Assembly (NCBI GenBank): GCA_963702845.1
Contig: OY969763.1
Span: forward strand, 534,719 to 598,718
Direction: 5' to 3'
Source of the DNA: an uncultured Verrucomicrobiae bacterium
GTDB taxonomy: Bacteria; Verrucomicrobiota; Verrucomicrobiia; Limisphaerales; Palsa-1400
Length of the DNA: 64,000 nucleotides
Shown: piece by piece, positions 42,579 through 52,444 of the stretch
How positions within the stretch are numbered: the stretch's first letter is position 1
Layout of the letters: the number at the start of each line of letters is the position of its first letter
Position numbers and translations under genes: made by a program
Notes under the pieces: generated by a model
Database searches by the model: none
What the model was told of the DNA's origin: nothing
Seen by the model: only the letters and a program-made list of their open reading frames with translations

Positions 42579-43401
42579 ATGAAACTCGGCATCATCAACA
42601 GCGCCTTTCATCAAGCGGGCGTCGACACCGCCACTGGACTGAAGCACATCGCCCGCATCGGTTTCGATTGCGTCGACGTTTTCACAGAAACCGTTGGCAT
42701 TTCGAAATCGGAAGTAAAACTCGTCGCCGCCACTTGCGCAAAAGCCAATCTGCCGATCGTTTCCTTACCGGTTGTCGCAGTGGGTCTTATCGACATGAGC
42801 GAGCCAGTTCGCGAGTTTCATCTCGAACGTTGTAAGCGTTACGTCGACCTCGCGCGCGCGTGGGACGCGAAGAATATCCTGCTCGTGCTCGGCGAATACA
42901 TTTGGCAGCGCGAAGTCATTCCTCCGCAAGTGCAATGGGATTGGGCGCTCGAGATGTGCCGCAAACTCGGTGATTACGCGGACAAAAAGAACGTCGATAT
43001 TGCTCTTGAATTGGAGCCTTTCCGGTTGAGCCTTCTCAACAGCGTTCCGTCGATGCGCAAGTTCGTCGACGAATGCAAACACCCCCGTGTGCGCGCCAAC
43101 ATCGATATCAGCCACCTCGTTTTATCCGACACTAGCCCGGCCGACCTCAAGCAACTCAAGGGCAAAGCCATTCACGTTCACATTAGCGATTGCGACGGCA
43201 AAGTTCATGGCGATCTTCCGCCGGGACGTGGGGTCGTGAAGTTCGAGCCATACCTGCAAGCGATCAAGGAACTGAAAATCGATGGTGTTGTCTCAATCGA
43301 ACTGGAATTCGCGCCCGATCCTCAAGAAGATTGTCGAGTGGGTAGAAGAAGCGTATCGCGAAACGGCAAAGCTGATGGACTTGGTTGACTTGCGAGGTTA
43401 A
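42579..43401 (+). CDS. sugar phosphate isomerase/epimerase (xylose-isomerase-like TIM barrel), apparent frameshift near the 3' end
   Basis: MKLGIINSAF...ALELEP...HISD matches the AP-endonuclease 2/XylA-like TIM-barrel family. The natural-looking C-terminus (KIVEWVEEAYRETAKLMDLVDLRG*) is in the +1 frame from about 43325. Confidence 0.55.
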
Positions 43402-45128
43402 CGCGCGAGCCATTTGGCGAATTTATCCAAGTCCGTCATGTCGATTCGGCTCAACGCACCGTGTGGACAAGCCCGCTGGCAAGCAGGCCCGCCTATTTGT
43501 TCCACGCACAAATCACACTTCGTTGCTTTGACGATCGGTTTCGATTCGTTGTCCATCATCAGCACGCCGGCCTTATCGCGCACTTCGACCATGCGAATCG
43601 CTTCGTAAGGACAATTATTGGCGCACGTGTTGCACCCGATGCACGTGCTTTGATTGATGACGACCTGGCCGCCAAAGTTGTCGCGGTGGATGGCTCCCGT
43701 TGGACAGCCAATCATGCAAACCGGATCCGCGCAGTGCATGCACGCGTTCGCCACCATGATGTTTCCGTTGACCGGACCGTGCCGCAGGAAGCGCGGATTG
43801 TTATCGTGCGCACTCGCGCAGGCGCGCACGCAATCGTCACACCGCGTGCAACGATCCAGATTAATCATCATGGTCGCGCGCCCGTTGAAGAAGCGATTCT
43901 CCGTCAGGAACTCCATCACGTCTGGACCGATTTTTGCGCCTGCATCCAATTCATCGGCGCTGACGCGATCGTGTGATTCCTCTTCAACTTGTTTGATGGG
44001 CGCAGGAAGATCGCGCTCTGGAACCGTCGGCAAAACGATCTGTTCCATCACCGCAGTGGGAATCAGCAGCACGTGCGTGTAACCGATGACGCGCAAGCTG
44101 TGTTGCAGCATCACTGGATCCGATTTCGATCGCCAATTATGCGCAATTTCGCGCAGCCCATAGCATTGGCCGTTGCCGAGATAATTCAAGGTGCGATGCC
44201 CATGCCCAAACTTCTGGCTCAGTCGCGCGAATCCAGCGCGAATCAGGATAACGCCGTTAGGGTAATGACCTTCCTCAGCAATCGCCGGCTCTTCGCGTTT
44301 GCCAGCGAGCCCGGCTTGCGCGAGGCGCTTGTAATCACCCGACCAATCATAATCGCCGTAAGTCCCGAACTGCGTTTGAGCCATCACCTTGTCCAACTGT
44401 TCGCTGGTCAGGTTTTGGAAAATTGGAATCTCGCGTAAGTGTGCCGCCAGCGCGCGTTCGCGATAGATGCGGTCGATGTGCTGTCGCAAATTGTCATCAT
44501 AACGCATTAAGTCGCGCAGCCCTTGCCAACGAATCTCAAGCAACTCCGTCCCCGCAGACTGCGCAAATACTGTCGCCGTTCGCGGCATGCGGCTTAACGC
44601 GGCAATTTCGCCAAAAAATTCACCAGGTTCAATCGTCGCGGTGCGATGCTCATCCAACACGCGGGGCACGTCCTGCAAAAAGACGCGTACTTCATCCCGA
44701 TCCTGTCGCGAGCGCACGCGACTGTCCTGCTTCAGTTCGGAAATGTCGCGCGTCTCCGGTTCGCTCGGATTGGTCCAAAGCTGTGCAATGATGCGCAACA
44801 GACCTTTGCGTTTCGGCGTGCGCCGGCCGAGCGTGGATTCCGGCAATTCCGGCGTGATCACCACTTGCGCCGCACCACTCAAAATCATGAAGGCCGACGT
44901 GCCATAATCGCCCGCGCGCACGATAATTTCACCCTCCTCATAACGACGGATGCGCGTGTCATTGCGCAAAATGTCGCGCAACGAAACTCGTTTTGGAAAC
45001 CGCTCCGAATTCATGTCTTTGAACGGAGCGAGCGAGAGCAGGCGTTCGACCTGCGCCTCCGTCATGTCGGGGTCAAACGAAGCGTCCCAGCGTTGTGGAC
45101 GTTGAAATGTCGTGACGGGTTCCGGCAT
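43398..45128 (-). CDS. cyclic-nucleotide-binding domain(s) fused to a 4Fe-4S dicluster ferredoxin domain
   Basis: A cNMP-binding-like block (EPGEFFGEIAALSRMPRTATVFA). The C-terminus carries four Cys clusters (CTRCDDCVRAC, CMHCADPVCMIGCP, CIGCNTCANNCP, CDLC...CQRACP). Confidence 0.7.
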   Translation of the reverse strand: MPEPVTTFQRPQRWDASFDPDMTEAQVERLLSLAPFKDMNSERFPKRVSLRDILRNDTRIRRYEEGEIIVRAGDYGTSAFMILSGAAQVVITPELPESTLGRRTPKRKGLLRIIAQLWTNPSEPETRDISELKQDSRVRSRQDRDEVRVFLQDVPRVLDEHRTATIEPGEFFGEIAALSRMPRTATVFAQSAGTELLEIRWQGLRDLMRYDDNLRQHIDRIYRERALAAHLREIPIFQNLTSEQLDKVMAQTQFGTYGDYDWSGDYKRLAQAGLAGKREEPAIAEEGHYPNGVILIRAGFARLSQKFGHGHRTLNYLGNGQCYGLREIAHNWRSKSDPVMLQHSLRVIGYTHVLLIPTAVMEQIVLPTVPERDLPAPIKQVEEESHDRVSADELDAGAKIGPDVMEFLTENRFFNGRATMMINLDRCTRCDDCVRACASAHDNNPRFLRHGPVNGNIMVANACMHCADPVCMIGCPTGAIHRDNFGGQVVINQSTCIGCNTCANNCPYEAIRMVEVRDKAGVLMMDNESKPIVKATKCDLCVEQIGGPACQRACPHGALSRIDMTDLDKFAKWLAR

Positions 45129-45239
45129 ATGAGGCTCGCCTTATTAGAGTGAAGAAACGGCTAAACCTCAAGCAGCAACGCCATTACCTTGCGCGATAAA
45201 GTGCAGCTAAACGACTGACTACGGACTACTAACCATTGA

Positions 45240-45683
45240 CTAAATCCCGATATCCTCATTCCAAAGCTGCGGACTCTTTGCAATAAAATCACGCATCATC
45301 TGGATGCATTCCTCATCCTGCAGCACTTGGACTTCCACGCCGTTTTTACGAAGATGCTCTTCCGCACCCATAAAAGTTTTGTTTTCGCCGACGATCACTT
45401 TTGGAATCCCGTAAAGGAGAATGGCTCCCGTGCACATAGGGCAGGGGGACAGCGTCGTGTAAATCGTGCAATCCTTGTAAACCGCGCCTTTTTGTCGACC
45501 GGCATTCTCCAAGGCGTTCATCTCGCCGTGATGTATCACCGACCCATGCTGCACGCGTTGGTTGTGTCCGCGACCGATGATCTTTCCGTCGTGAACTAGA
45601 ACCGACCCGATCGGAATACCGCCGCTGGCCAAACCTTTTTTCGCTTCATCAATCGCCGCTCTAAGAAATGGATCCATGAACAA
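45240..45683 (-). CDS. CDA-fold nucleoside deaminase (cytosine/guanine deaminase-like, Fcy1/GuaD type)
   Basis: HGEMNAL...PCPMCTGAI zinc-binding motifs in a 147-aa ORF. Confidence 0.75.
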   Translation of the reverse strand: MFMDPFLRAAIDEAKKGLASGGIPIGSVLVHDGKIIGRGHNQRVQHGSVIHHGEMNALENAGRQKGAVYKDCTIYTTLSPCPMCTGAILLYGIPKVIVGENKTFMGAEEHLRKNGVEVQVLQDEECIQMMRDFIAKSPQLWNEDIGI

Positions 45684-45714
45684 AGTATTGAACGTTCATG
45701 GGAGAGTATCAAAT

Positions 45715-46128
45715 TCAAACCAAGGGCTTCGACGCCGGAAGAATCCAAGCCGAGTGGTGGGCGTTGAATCCAATTCGCGGATAATAGCGTTCAGCATCTG
45801 GCGCGGACAACAGGATATTCTTGGCGTTCCGCCCGAGTTTAGACTGCGTCAGGCGAATCAATTCCCGTCCGATTCCCTTGTGCTGATATGCTTCGTCTAC
45901 AGCTAAATCCGACAAGTAACAACAAAACTCGAAATCAGTCAGCGACCGCGCGACGCCAACGAGTTTGTCGTCCGCCCAGGCTGTGCACAACAGTTTAGCA
46001 TGATCGAGCATCGCTTTGATGGCCGCTGGATCATTCACCGGCCGGCGCTCGGCCAGCGTCGAACGTTTCAACAAATCGACAAATTCGGCTTCGTTGATCT
46101 TGTGGTTGTCTTCATATCGAATCTTCAT
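45715..46128 (-). CDS. GNAT family N-acetyltransferase
   Basis: 137 aa with the acetyl-CoA motif QHKGIGRELI. Confidence 0.7.
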   Translation of the reverse strand: MKIRYEDNHKINEAEFVDLLKRSTLAERRPVNDPAAIKAMLDHAKLLCTAWADDKLVGVARSLTDFEFCCYLSDLAVDEAYQHKGIGRELIRLTQSKLGRNAKNILLSAPDAERYYPRIGFNAHHSAWILPASKPLV

Positions 46129-46487
46129 GGTTCATTCGCTATTGCACTTCTTTCACCGCCCTCTGGACCGTAAAACGCAACCCACACGGCGAAATCAGAC
46201 GAAAAGGATTCAAACCGGTGCACGCGTCCTGCCGGGACAAATAGGAATGATCCGGCCGCCAAATCGTGATGGCGGGAACCGTCAAAAAATTTACCGGTTC
46301 CTCGAACGACAAAATAAATCTCGTCACGAGTGTGCGGTTTTTGCGGATCATGACCAACCGGGGTGTAGAGTTCGATCGCTAGCGTGCCGTGTAAAAAAAT
46401 GGGAACGGCAAGGTTCCCGGCAGGCGGTGGACCTTTCGCCAAAGCTTCAGCAAAACTAACATGGGCGATCTGGGCTTCTGCGTTCAT
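46125..46487 (-). CDS. cupin domain protein
   Basis: 120 aa with a two-His cupin-like motif (HTRDEIYFVVRGTG...VPAGRVHRF). Confidence 0.5.
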   Translation of the reverse strand: MNAEAQIAHVSFAEALAKGPPPAGNLAVPIFLHGTLAIELYTPVGHDPQKPHTRDEIYFVVRGTGKFFDGSRHHDLAAGSFLFVPAGRVHRFESFSSDFAVWVAFYGPEGGERSAIANEP

Positions 46488-46491
46488 ATGA

Positions 46492-47037
46492 TCAAGTTTT
46501 TCGGGAGAAATCTTCCGCGATCAACGCCCATCGTTCATGGTCGCGCCATTGCCCGCAAACTTTTAGAAGACGCCGTGACAGACCTTCGCGAACAAAGCCG
46601 CATTTTTTTACAAGCGCAATGGAACGTCGATTCTTAGGTTCAATATTTGCCTCAAGGCGGTGAAGTTTCAATTTAGTGAAAACGTGACGGACAACCTGTT
46701 TCAACCCTTCGAACATGAGACCCTGTCCAGCGTAGGGATGAAAGGCGTAATAACCGAGAGAAGCACTTTGAAACGCGCCGCGAATGATATCGTTGATATT
46801 GATGACGCCGACGATGCTGCCTGAATTTTGCTCAATGACGAGGAACCCGCAGTGATGGCCGTCTTTGAAACGTTCCAGGTAAGCGGAAAATTCTTTTGCT
46901 GTTGTTGCTTTCCGATTGATCCACGTCCGATGAAGATCTCGACTTCGTTTCACTGCCGAAATAAAAGCCGCCGCGTCCTCAGGTTTAGGAGGCCGGATCA
47001 ATATTGGTGTTACTTTAGAGCAAGTTTTTGCAGTCAT
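46492..47037 (-). CDS. GNAT family N-acetyltransferase (RimJ/RimL-like)
   Basis: 181 aa with a Gnat motif (GKGLM..). Confidence 0.65.
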   Translation of the reverse strand: MTAKTCSKVTPILIRPPKPEDAAAFISAVKRSRDLHRTWINRKATTAKEFSAYLERFKDGHHCGFLVIEQNSGSIVGVININDIIRGAFQSASLGYYAFHPYAGQGLMFEGLKQVVRHVFTKLKLHRLEANIEPKNRRSIALVKKCGFVREGLSRRLLKVCGQWRDHERWALIAEDFSRKT

Positions 47038-47040
47038 TGT

Positions 47041-47817
47041 TTAATCGCCACTCCATTTGTAATCGTAACCCGCCGGCGGGTCGTAAAAGGCGGTTGCCAT
47101 GAATTCATTGGTGTACGAATACATTCTTGTATACCGCACGTGACCATCCGCAAAGCTGACCATGTTTTTTGAATTGTTCACGCCAGAGAACCCCAACGGT
47201 ATTCGTTGTGATTCGTGCCAGGAAAACGGATATAGAGCCGCGTTTTCAGCGACCAACACCGTTCTCGCCGGGTCGTGGATTGCAGCCAGTTTCCAGCCGA
47301 ATAGACCGGGGGAATTTGTCTGGCCCGATAAAAAAGGCGGCGTGTTAACCGTTCCGCCAAGTCCATTGAAGCCGTAACTGGAATAGTCGGAAATATACTG
47401 TTCGTGCCAACCTGCCGCGACGAATGTCCAATTGTTGTAAAAATACGTATCGGCTGGGCACGCAAACACCCGGTCGCGTTCCGACGAGAGCCCTCGCAGG
47501 CCCAGGTAGGATTTCACCAATGCTTTGTAAACGACTTGAAAAGAGTTGGTCATCATACCATCGGCATTGGTATCGGGAATCGATGGCAGCTCGTCGTGAT
47601 TGTCTGCCGCATACAAATGCACTGCAAAATTGATCTGTCGCAGATTGTTCAGACAGTTTGCCTGGCACGCTTTTTCTTTGGCGCGGCTGAGCGTCGGAAG
47701 CGGTAAGGCAGCGAGAAAGGCAATGATCGAGATAACAACCAGAAGTTCAATCAATGTGAAGCCTTCCTTCGCGTTGCTGTCACGCCACTGTCCTTGCCTC
47801 TGGAATCCTTTAAACAT
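47041..47817 (-). CDS. prepilin-type N-terminal cleavage/methylation domain protein with DUF1559 (PVC-typical pseudopilin-like)
   Basis: GFTLIELLVVISIIAFLAALPLPTLSRAKE at the N-terminus and ...NMVSFADGHV near the C-terminus. Confidence 0.75.
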   Translation of the reverse strand: MFKGFQRQGQWRDSNAKEGFTLIELLVVISIIAFLAALPLPTLSRAKEKACQANCLNNLRQINFAVHLYAADNHDELPSIPDTNADGMMTNSFQVVYKALVKSYLGLRGLSSERDRVFACPADTYFYNNWTFVAAGWHEQYISDYSSYGFNGLGGTVNTPPFLSGQTNSPGLFGWKLAAIHDPARTVLVAENAALYPFSWHESQRIPLGFSGVNNSKNMVSFADGHVRYTRMYSYTNEFMATAFYDPPAGYDYKWSGD

Positions 47818-48096
47818 TTTGACTCTATCAAATAGACGTTCTCACACCTCATTATTGTCTAACCAGATTGGCTCGTTAAACCTCTTACGTCTGCGAAGCC
47901 TCAACGCGGATGACAATTAGGTGCTTCACTAATATAATATGCCGCTAGGAAACAGTCGAATCGAAAACCAACGTTCGCCGCCAGGTCCGTCCCAGTCACG
48001 GCCAAGGGTGATTGACGAGTAGGGTTTTCTCTTTCTCTGTCGACATCATCGGCTTGGTGGTTCAGTTTGCGTCGATTGGCTGCTCGGCACATAACT

Positions 48097-48306
48097 ATGA
48101 AATATATTGCGATGGTTGGATTGATGGCGGCTCCGCTTGTTGGCTGCGGTCAGAAAGGCGGGAATACGGAACAGGAGCGCCGTCAGATTGAGGACCAACG
48201 CCGTCAAGTCGAAGATCAGCATCGTCGAGTTGAGGATGAGCGCAGGCGTGCTGTGGATTCCGCTTCTGAGGCAACCGGGACAAATAGCGGAGCAGGAAAA
48301 CCATGA
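48097..48306 (+). CDS. small lipoprotein with charged EDQRRQ/EDERRR repeats
   Basis: MKYIAMVGLMAAPLVGC has a lipobox. It is followed by ...ERRQIEDQRRQVEDQHRRVEDERRR. Confidence 0.35.
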   Translation: MKYIAMVGLMAAPLVGCGQKGGNTEQERRQIEDQRRQVEDQHRRVEDERRRAVDSASEATGTNSGAGKP

Positions 48307-48384
48307 AAAGGTGCTGGCCTCGTACGGCGCTGGAGCCAATGCGCCGAGCGCCTGACTGTTGTAATCAGAGGGAATCTTACGCAC

Positions 48385-48719
48385 ATGACGAAGAATATCT
48401 CAATTGATGCGAACGGAATTACAGACTGGGATTCATTCCACGACGTGTTCGCTAAAAATTTTGGATTTCCTGACTTCTACGGCCGCAATATGAACGCTTG
48501 GAATGATTGCATGACCTACCTGGATGACTCGGAGGCGAATCTGACGTCTGTGCAGGTTGCTCCGGGGGATGTTGTTGTGCTTGTATTTCCGCAGTTGGCG
48601 ATTTCAGGAAGAGGTGTCCCGAGATCTACGACGCGCTCGTCGAGTGCTCATCCTTCGTCAATTACCGACGGATTGAGAGCGGGGATCCAGCGATTCTTGC
48701 ACTGTCGTTTAATGCATGA
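48385..48719 (+). CDS. barstar-like (barnase-inhibitor family) immunity protein, with a +1 frameshift around 48590
   Basis: ISIDANGITDWDSFHDVFAKNFGFPDFYGRNMNAWNDCMTYL matches the barstar-family N-terminal signature (I.G..I.....FH..L...L.FP.YYG.N.DA..D.L). The plausible C-terminus (FRKRCPEIYDALVECSSFVNYRRIESGDPAILALSFNA*) is in the +1 frame. No RNase partner is adjacent. Confidence 0.5.
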
Positions 48720-48731
48720 CAATGTCGGCAG

Positions 48732-49289
48732 ATGCGATACGTGCTCCTACTCTTGTTGTGCAACCTCTTGTTCGGATGTGGGCGGGATGCTTCTGTTGCG
48801 CCGCTGGGGCAGCTTTCGCGCGCTATGGGCGAATTAGCGGCAGCCAAGAATCCGGAGGAGAGGTTTTATGCTCTGGGCCACGCGGCGAAGGAAAGTTTTG
48901 TCGCGGGCAAAACTGAGGATGCGAAGAAGTATGCCGAGGAGTTGTTGACGGTGCTTCCGAAGTTTCAGGGAAATTGGAATTATGGGAATGCTGTGCAGGA
49001 CGCCAATCTCGTTCTTGGGTGTATCGCGGTTCGCGAGGGGCGCATTGACGATGCAAAGAAATATTTGGCTGAGTCTGGCAAGAGTCCGGGTTCGCCGCAG
49101 ATGGATAGTTTTGGGCCGAATATGACTTTGGCGAAGGACCTACTTGAGAAGGGAGAGCGACAGGTTGTTTTGGAGTATTTTGAGGCGTGTCGAAAATTTT
49201 GGAAGATGCACGAGAATCGGTTAGATGAATGGAGTCAGCAGGTCAAAGACGGGAAGGTTCCGGACTTTGGCGGGAATCTGCTCTACTGA
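48732..49289 (+). CDS. lipoprotein of unknown function (alpha-helical/TPR-like)
   Basis: MRYVLLLLLCNLLFGCG has a lipobox, in a 185-aa ORF. Confidence 0.4.
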   Translation: MRYVLLLLLCNLLFGCGRDASVAPLGQLSRAMGELAAAKNPEERFYALGHAAKESFVAGKTEDAKKYAEELLTVLPKFQGNWNYGNAVQDANLVLGCIAVREGRIDDAKKYLAESGKSPGSPQMDSFGPNMTLAKDLLEKGERQVVLEYFEACRKFWKMHENRLDEWSQQVKDGKVPDFGGNLLY

Positions 49290-49305
49290 TAAGCGTTATT
49301 CGCTG

Positions 49306-50973
49306 TCAGTGGTCCAGTTTGGTGATTGTTCCTGTTTGAGCATTGAGCATGAGGCTAGAGCCGTCTTCGAAATAGGTGCGATATATTTTATCGGGCTTTC
49401 CGTCGCGTAGAAGTTCGGGACTGGCCGCGGCGACGCGTAGGAGGAATGCGTCGAGCGGTTCGTTGTTTGGGTCGGTCAATTTCAGGCGGGTGGCCCAGGC
49501 TTTACCGTCAATCGCGCGCGGATGTACCCGGGCAAGAAGTTTGCCGCCGTGCTCAACCCAGGACGCGATTGTTTCGAGTGTTGCATTGTCTGTTGTTGGG
49601 CCGTCCAGCCAGACCAGTGCTTTGTAGCGGTTGAGAAAGCCTTTTCCGATAAGCGATTCGTCGAGGAAATCGTAATCGGAATAATCACGGAATTTGGCGG
49701 CATCACCGTATTGTCTTCCCCATTGTCCGAGCGCCTGAGCCGTTTTGGAAAGCATGACGGCAACCCGGACATCTGGTTTTCGCTTCACCAGCAATTGACG
49801 ATAGCTGGCATAGACCGCGCCGCGTGCGCCGCCCGGTGGGCAGTCGTATGCGAATAATTCATCGGCGCCTGAGGAGACGGCGTTGTAGATACGTACGACG
49901 ATTCCTTTTTCTGTAACGTCGCCGGCTGGTTCGTATCCAAAGTAGGTGCCGAGATTGCGGCACGATGAACCGATCCAGCGGGTCATGATGAAGTTTTGTT
50001 CGTAATCGCTGCCTTCATTGGTGATGCGCATGCCCGCGCCGTATTTCGCGGCCGTGATGGCCTGTTCGGAAAAATCCGACCCTTGCCGCAGGCTCATGTC
50101 GCCGCCCGTGCAGAGAACAATCTGCACATCCGGTAAATGTTTCTTGCAGGCTTTCAACCACACCTCGGCATAGCGCGTCATGCTGCCGCGATACCAACCG
50201 ATCATGTCGAGCCTGGACTGGTTGGATTGAGTCTTGGTGGGAATGAAGGGTTTGATTTCGTCAAAAGAAACGACGTGCGTTTTCCATGCGATGTTGAGCG
50301 CCGCGACGGTTTGGTATTTCTCGCGCATGTCACGGCGAAAATCAGCGATGGCGGAGTCGTCGCCGCACCAATATCCGGCGTGGGTATGATAATTCCCATC
50401 GGGCTCCGGGCAGCGGGTGTAGGTCCATTCGTTACCGCTCACAGGAAAAATGGATTCGCCGAAATCGCCGGAGATTCCGAGCAATAACGTTTGCATCTGT
50501 TTATGATCGAAATGGCCGGCAAACGCGGCGACGAGGCGTTCGATTTGCGCTGGCAGGTTTGGGTTCCAAATTGATTGCGTGCGGGTCGGTTGATTGTGTT
50601 CGAGGCAGACTGCGAATTTTGATTCGGTGCTTTCCTTGAACCAGCGCGGCGTGGCGTAGGCGGGACCGGCAATGAGAAACGGCACCCACTTCATTCCCTT
50701 TGCACTCAGCGCGGCGACCTGCATGTCGTAGAGGGAGAAATCCCACGTGCCGCGTTGGTGCTCGAGCATCGACCATTTCACGTAAGGCTCGAATGCGGTC
50801 ACGCGCGCGGCCATTGCACCAGCCGCGATTGCTTGCATTTGTTGCTGCGCCTCTTTTTGCGGGACAACCTGCATAGCGACATCGTTGCCGATCGTAAAAT
50901 GCATCGCGCTATCCACGGCGGATGCAGCGTCGCAAAACAAGAAGATCATTGCGACAGTGAGTGCTTTGATCAT
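49306..50973 (-). CDS. secreted glycoside hydrolase, GH42-like (beta-galactosidase family) with trimerisation-type C-domain
   Basis: Signal peptide, a TIM-barrel-like region, and a C-terminal ...KALVWLDGPTTDNATLETIASWVEHGGKLLA resembling GH42 domain B. The family call is tentative. Confidence 0.5.
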   Translation of the reverse strand: MIKALTVAMIFLFCDAASAVDSAMHFTIGNDVAMQVVPQKEAQQQMQAIAAGAMAARVTAFEPYVKWSMLEHQRGTWDFSLYDMQVAALSAKGMKWVPFLIAGPAYATPRWFKESTESKFAVCLEHNQPTRTQSIWNPNLPAQIERLVAAFAGHFDHKQMQTLLLGISGDFGESIFPVSGNEWTYTRCPEPDGNYHTHAGYWCGDDSAIADFRRDMREKYQTVAALNIAWKTHVVSFDEIKPFIPTKTQSNQSRLDMIGWYRGSMTRYAEVWLKACKKHLPDVQIVLCTGGDMSLRQGSDFSEQAITAAKYGAGMRITNEGSDYEQNFIMTRWIGSSCRNLGTYFGYEPAGDVTEKGIVVRIYNAVSSGADELFAYDCPPGGARGAVYASYRQLLVKRKPDVRVAVMLSKTAQALGQWGRQYGDAAKFRDYSDYDFLDESLIGKGFLNRYKALVWLDGPTTDNATLETIASWVEHGGKLLARVHPRAIDGKAWATRLKLTDPNNEPLDAFLLRVAAASPELLRDGKPDKIYRTYFEDGSSLMLNAQTGTITKLDH

Positions 50974-51017
50974 CGAAACAGTGTCCGCAATGGATCCCGC
51001 GGAGAAAAGGCCTTTTA

Positions 51018-52433
51018 TTGTCGGGGCTGTTGTCGTATTGGGAAATGATGCTTTTCCGACTGTTCCTTATTGTTTTTCTGGCGCATCGGCTTTGTGCCGA
51101 ATCGGTCCCTGCTCAAGCTGGTTGGGCTGAAATTAATATCACTCCGCCGCTGGGAGTGGAGATGGGTGGGCGCGGGCCGACGGAAACGGTTGGGAAGAGG
51201 GTGCTCGATCCGTTGATGTCGCAGGTGCTGTTTTTGAAAGACGGCAAAGGGCAGGGGTTCGCGCTCGTTTCGTTTGATCTCGTCGGAATGCCGCATGAGT
51301 TGAGCGATCGCATTCGCACGATGCTTGTTCATGAGCTTGGGGTGGATTGGAATCTGACGGTGTTAAACACATCGCACACGCACAGTGGGCCGCAAATGAA
51401 TTTGGGAGTGATGGCGATTCTGAATCCGATTCCACAGAACCAACTGGATTATCAGAACACAGTTTTCGAAAAGGTTTTGCAGGCGACGCGGACCGCCGCC
51501 AAATCGATGCATCCGGTCAAGGCGGAGGTGTTCGAAGGGAAGTCGGAGATCGCGATCAATCGGCGTGGTCATGACAAGAGCGGCGCGCCTTCGATGCGGC
51601 CGAATGCGGACGGGCCGATTGCGGATAAGCTTTGGGTTTTGAAATTGACGCCGCTGGACGGGACGGCCCCGGCGGTGATTTTTTCGTATGCGTGTCATCC
51701 AGTGATTGTTTACTCGTATGCGGGCAACGCGATTTCGGCGGACTTCCCGGGACAGGCGCGCGAGGCGTTGCGCAAAGAGCTCGGCGAAAAAACGCATCTG
51801 CAATTTGTGCAAGGACTGGCCGGTGACGTTCGTCCGCGTGCGTTAGCCAATCTGGAAAAGAACAGTTTTCGCGCGGCGAAACCGGATGACGCACCGAATG
51901 TGGGTATGCAGTTGGCGAAAGACGTTTTGGCGAGTTTGCAATCGACGCCGAAAGTTTTGAATTTGAATCTCGCCGCGGATCTGGAGCGGCCGTTTTTGCC
52001 GCGCGATAATCCGCCGCCGCGCGCGCAATACGAGAAGCTTCTTGCTGACGGCAAAGGTGAGCGCCAACGCAATATCGCGAAATATTGGCTGCAACGTTAC
52101 GACAGCGGCGTCGGTTTTTCGAAAGGTGACGCGTGGCCGACTGGTTTGATTCGGTTGGCGGATAATCAGTGGGTTTGTTATTTCGCCGGAGAACCGTGCG
52201 TGGAGTGGGGACCGAAGGTGTCGCAGTGGCTAGCGCCGCGAGATATTGTGTTTTGGGGCTACAGCCAGGAAACGATTACCTACCTGCCAACGGCTGAGAT
52301 GTTGCCGGCTGGTGGCTATGAAGTGTTGGAATGCAATCGTGCGCGCGGGAGTTCGCCTGCGCAATTCGCGCCGGGAATCGATGAGTCGATGCACCGGAGT
52401 TTGTTGCGACAATTGCGCGCGATTGGGGAGTAA
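51018..52433 (+). CDS. neutral/alkaline ceramidase-like (N-terminal ceramidase domain family) secreted hydrolase
   Basis: GWAEINITPPLGVEMGGRG...VSFDLVGMPHELSDRIR...NTSHTHSGP resembles the ceramidase N-domain motif pattern. The probable start is 51045 (MMLFRLFLIV signal peptide). Confidence 0.45.
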   Translation: MSGLLSYWEMMLFRLFLIVFLAHRLCAESVPAQAGWAEINITPPLGVEMGGRGPTETVGKRVLDPLMSQVLFLKDGKGQGFALVSFDLVGMPHELSDRIRTMLVHELGVDWNLTVLNTSHTHSGPQMNLGVMAILNPIPQNQLDYQNTVFEKVLQATRTAAKSMHPVKAEVFEGKSEIAINRRGHDKSGAPSMRPNADGPIADKLWVLKLTPLDGTAPAVIFSYACHPVIVYSYAGNAISADFPGQAREALRKELGEKTHLQFVQGLAGDVRPRALANLEKNSFRAAKPDDAPNVGMQLAKDVLASLQSTPKVLNLNLAADLERPFLPRDNPPPRAQYEKLLADGKGERQRNIAKYWLQRYDSGVGFSKGDAWPTGLIRLADNQWVCYFAGEPCVEWGPKVSQWLAPRDIVFWGYSQETITYLPTAEMLPAGGYEVLECNRARGSSPAQFAPGIDESMHRSLLRQLRAIGE

Positions 52434-52444
52434 GGGTAATCTTC

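Noticed and set aside
42458-43400. Possible integrated element at tRNA-Pro
   Set aside because: No integrase, no repeat of the tRNA 3' end, and the downstream genes are ordinary metabolic ones.
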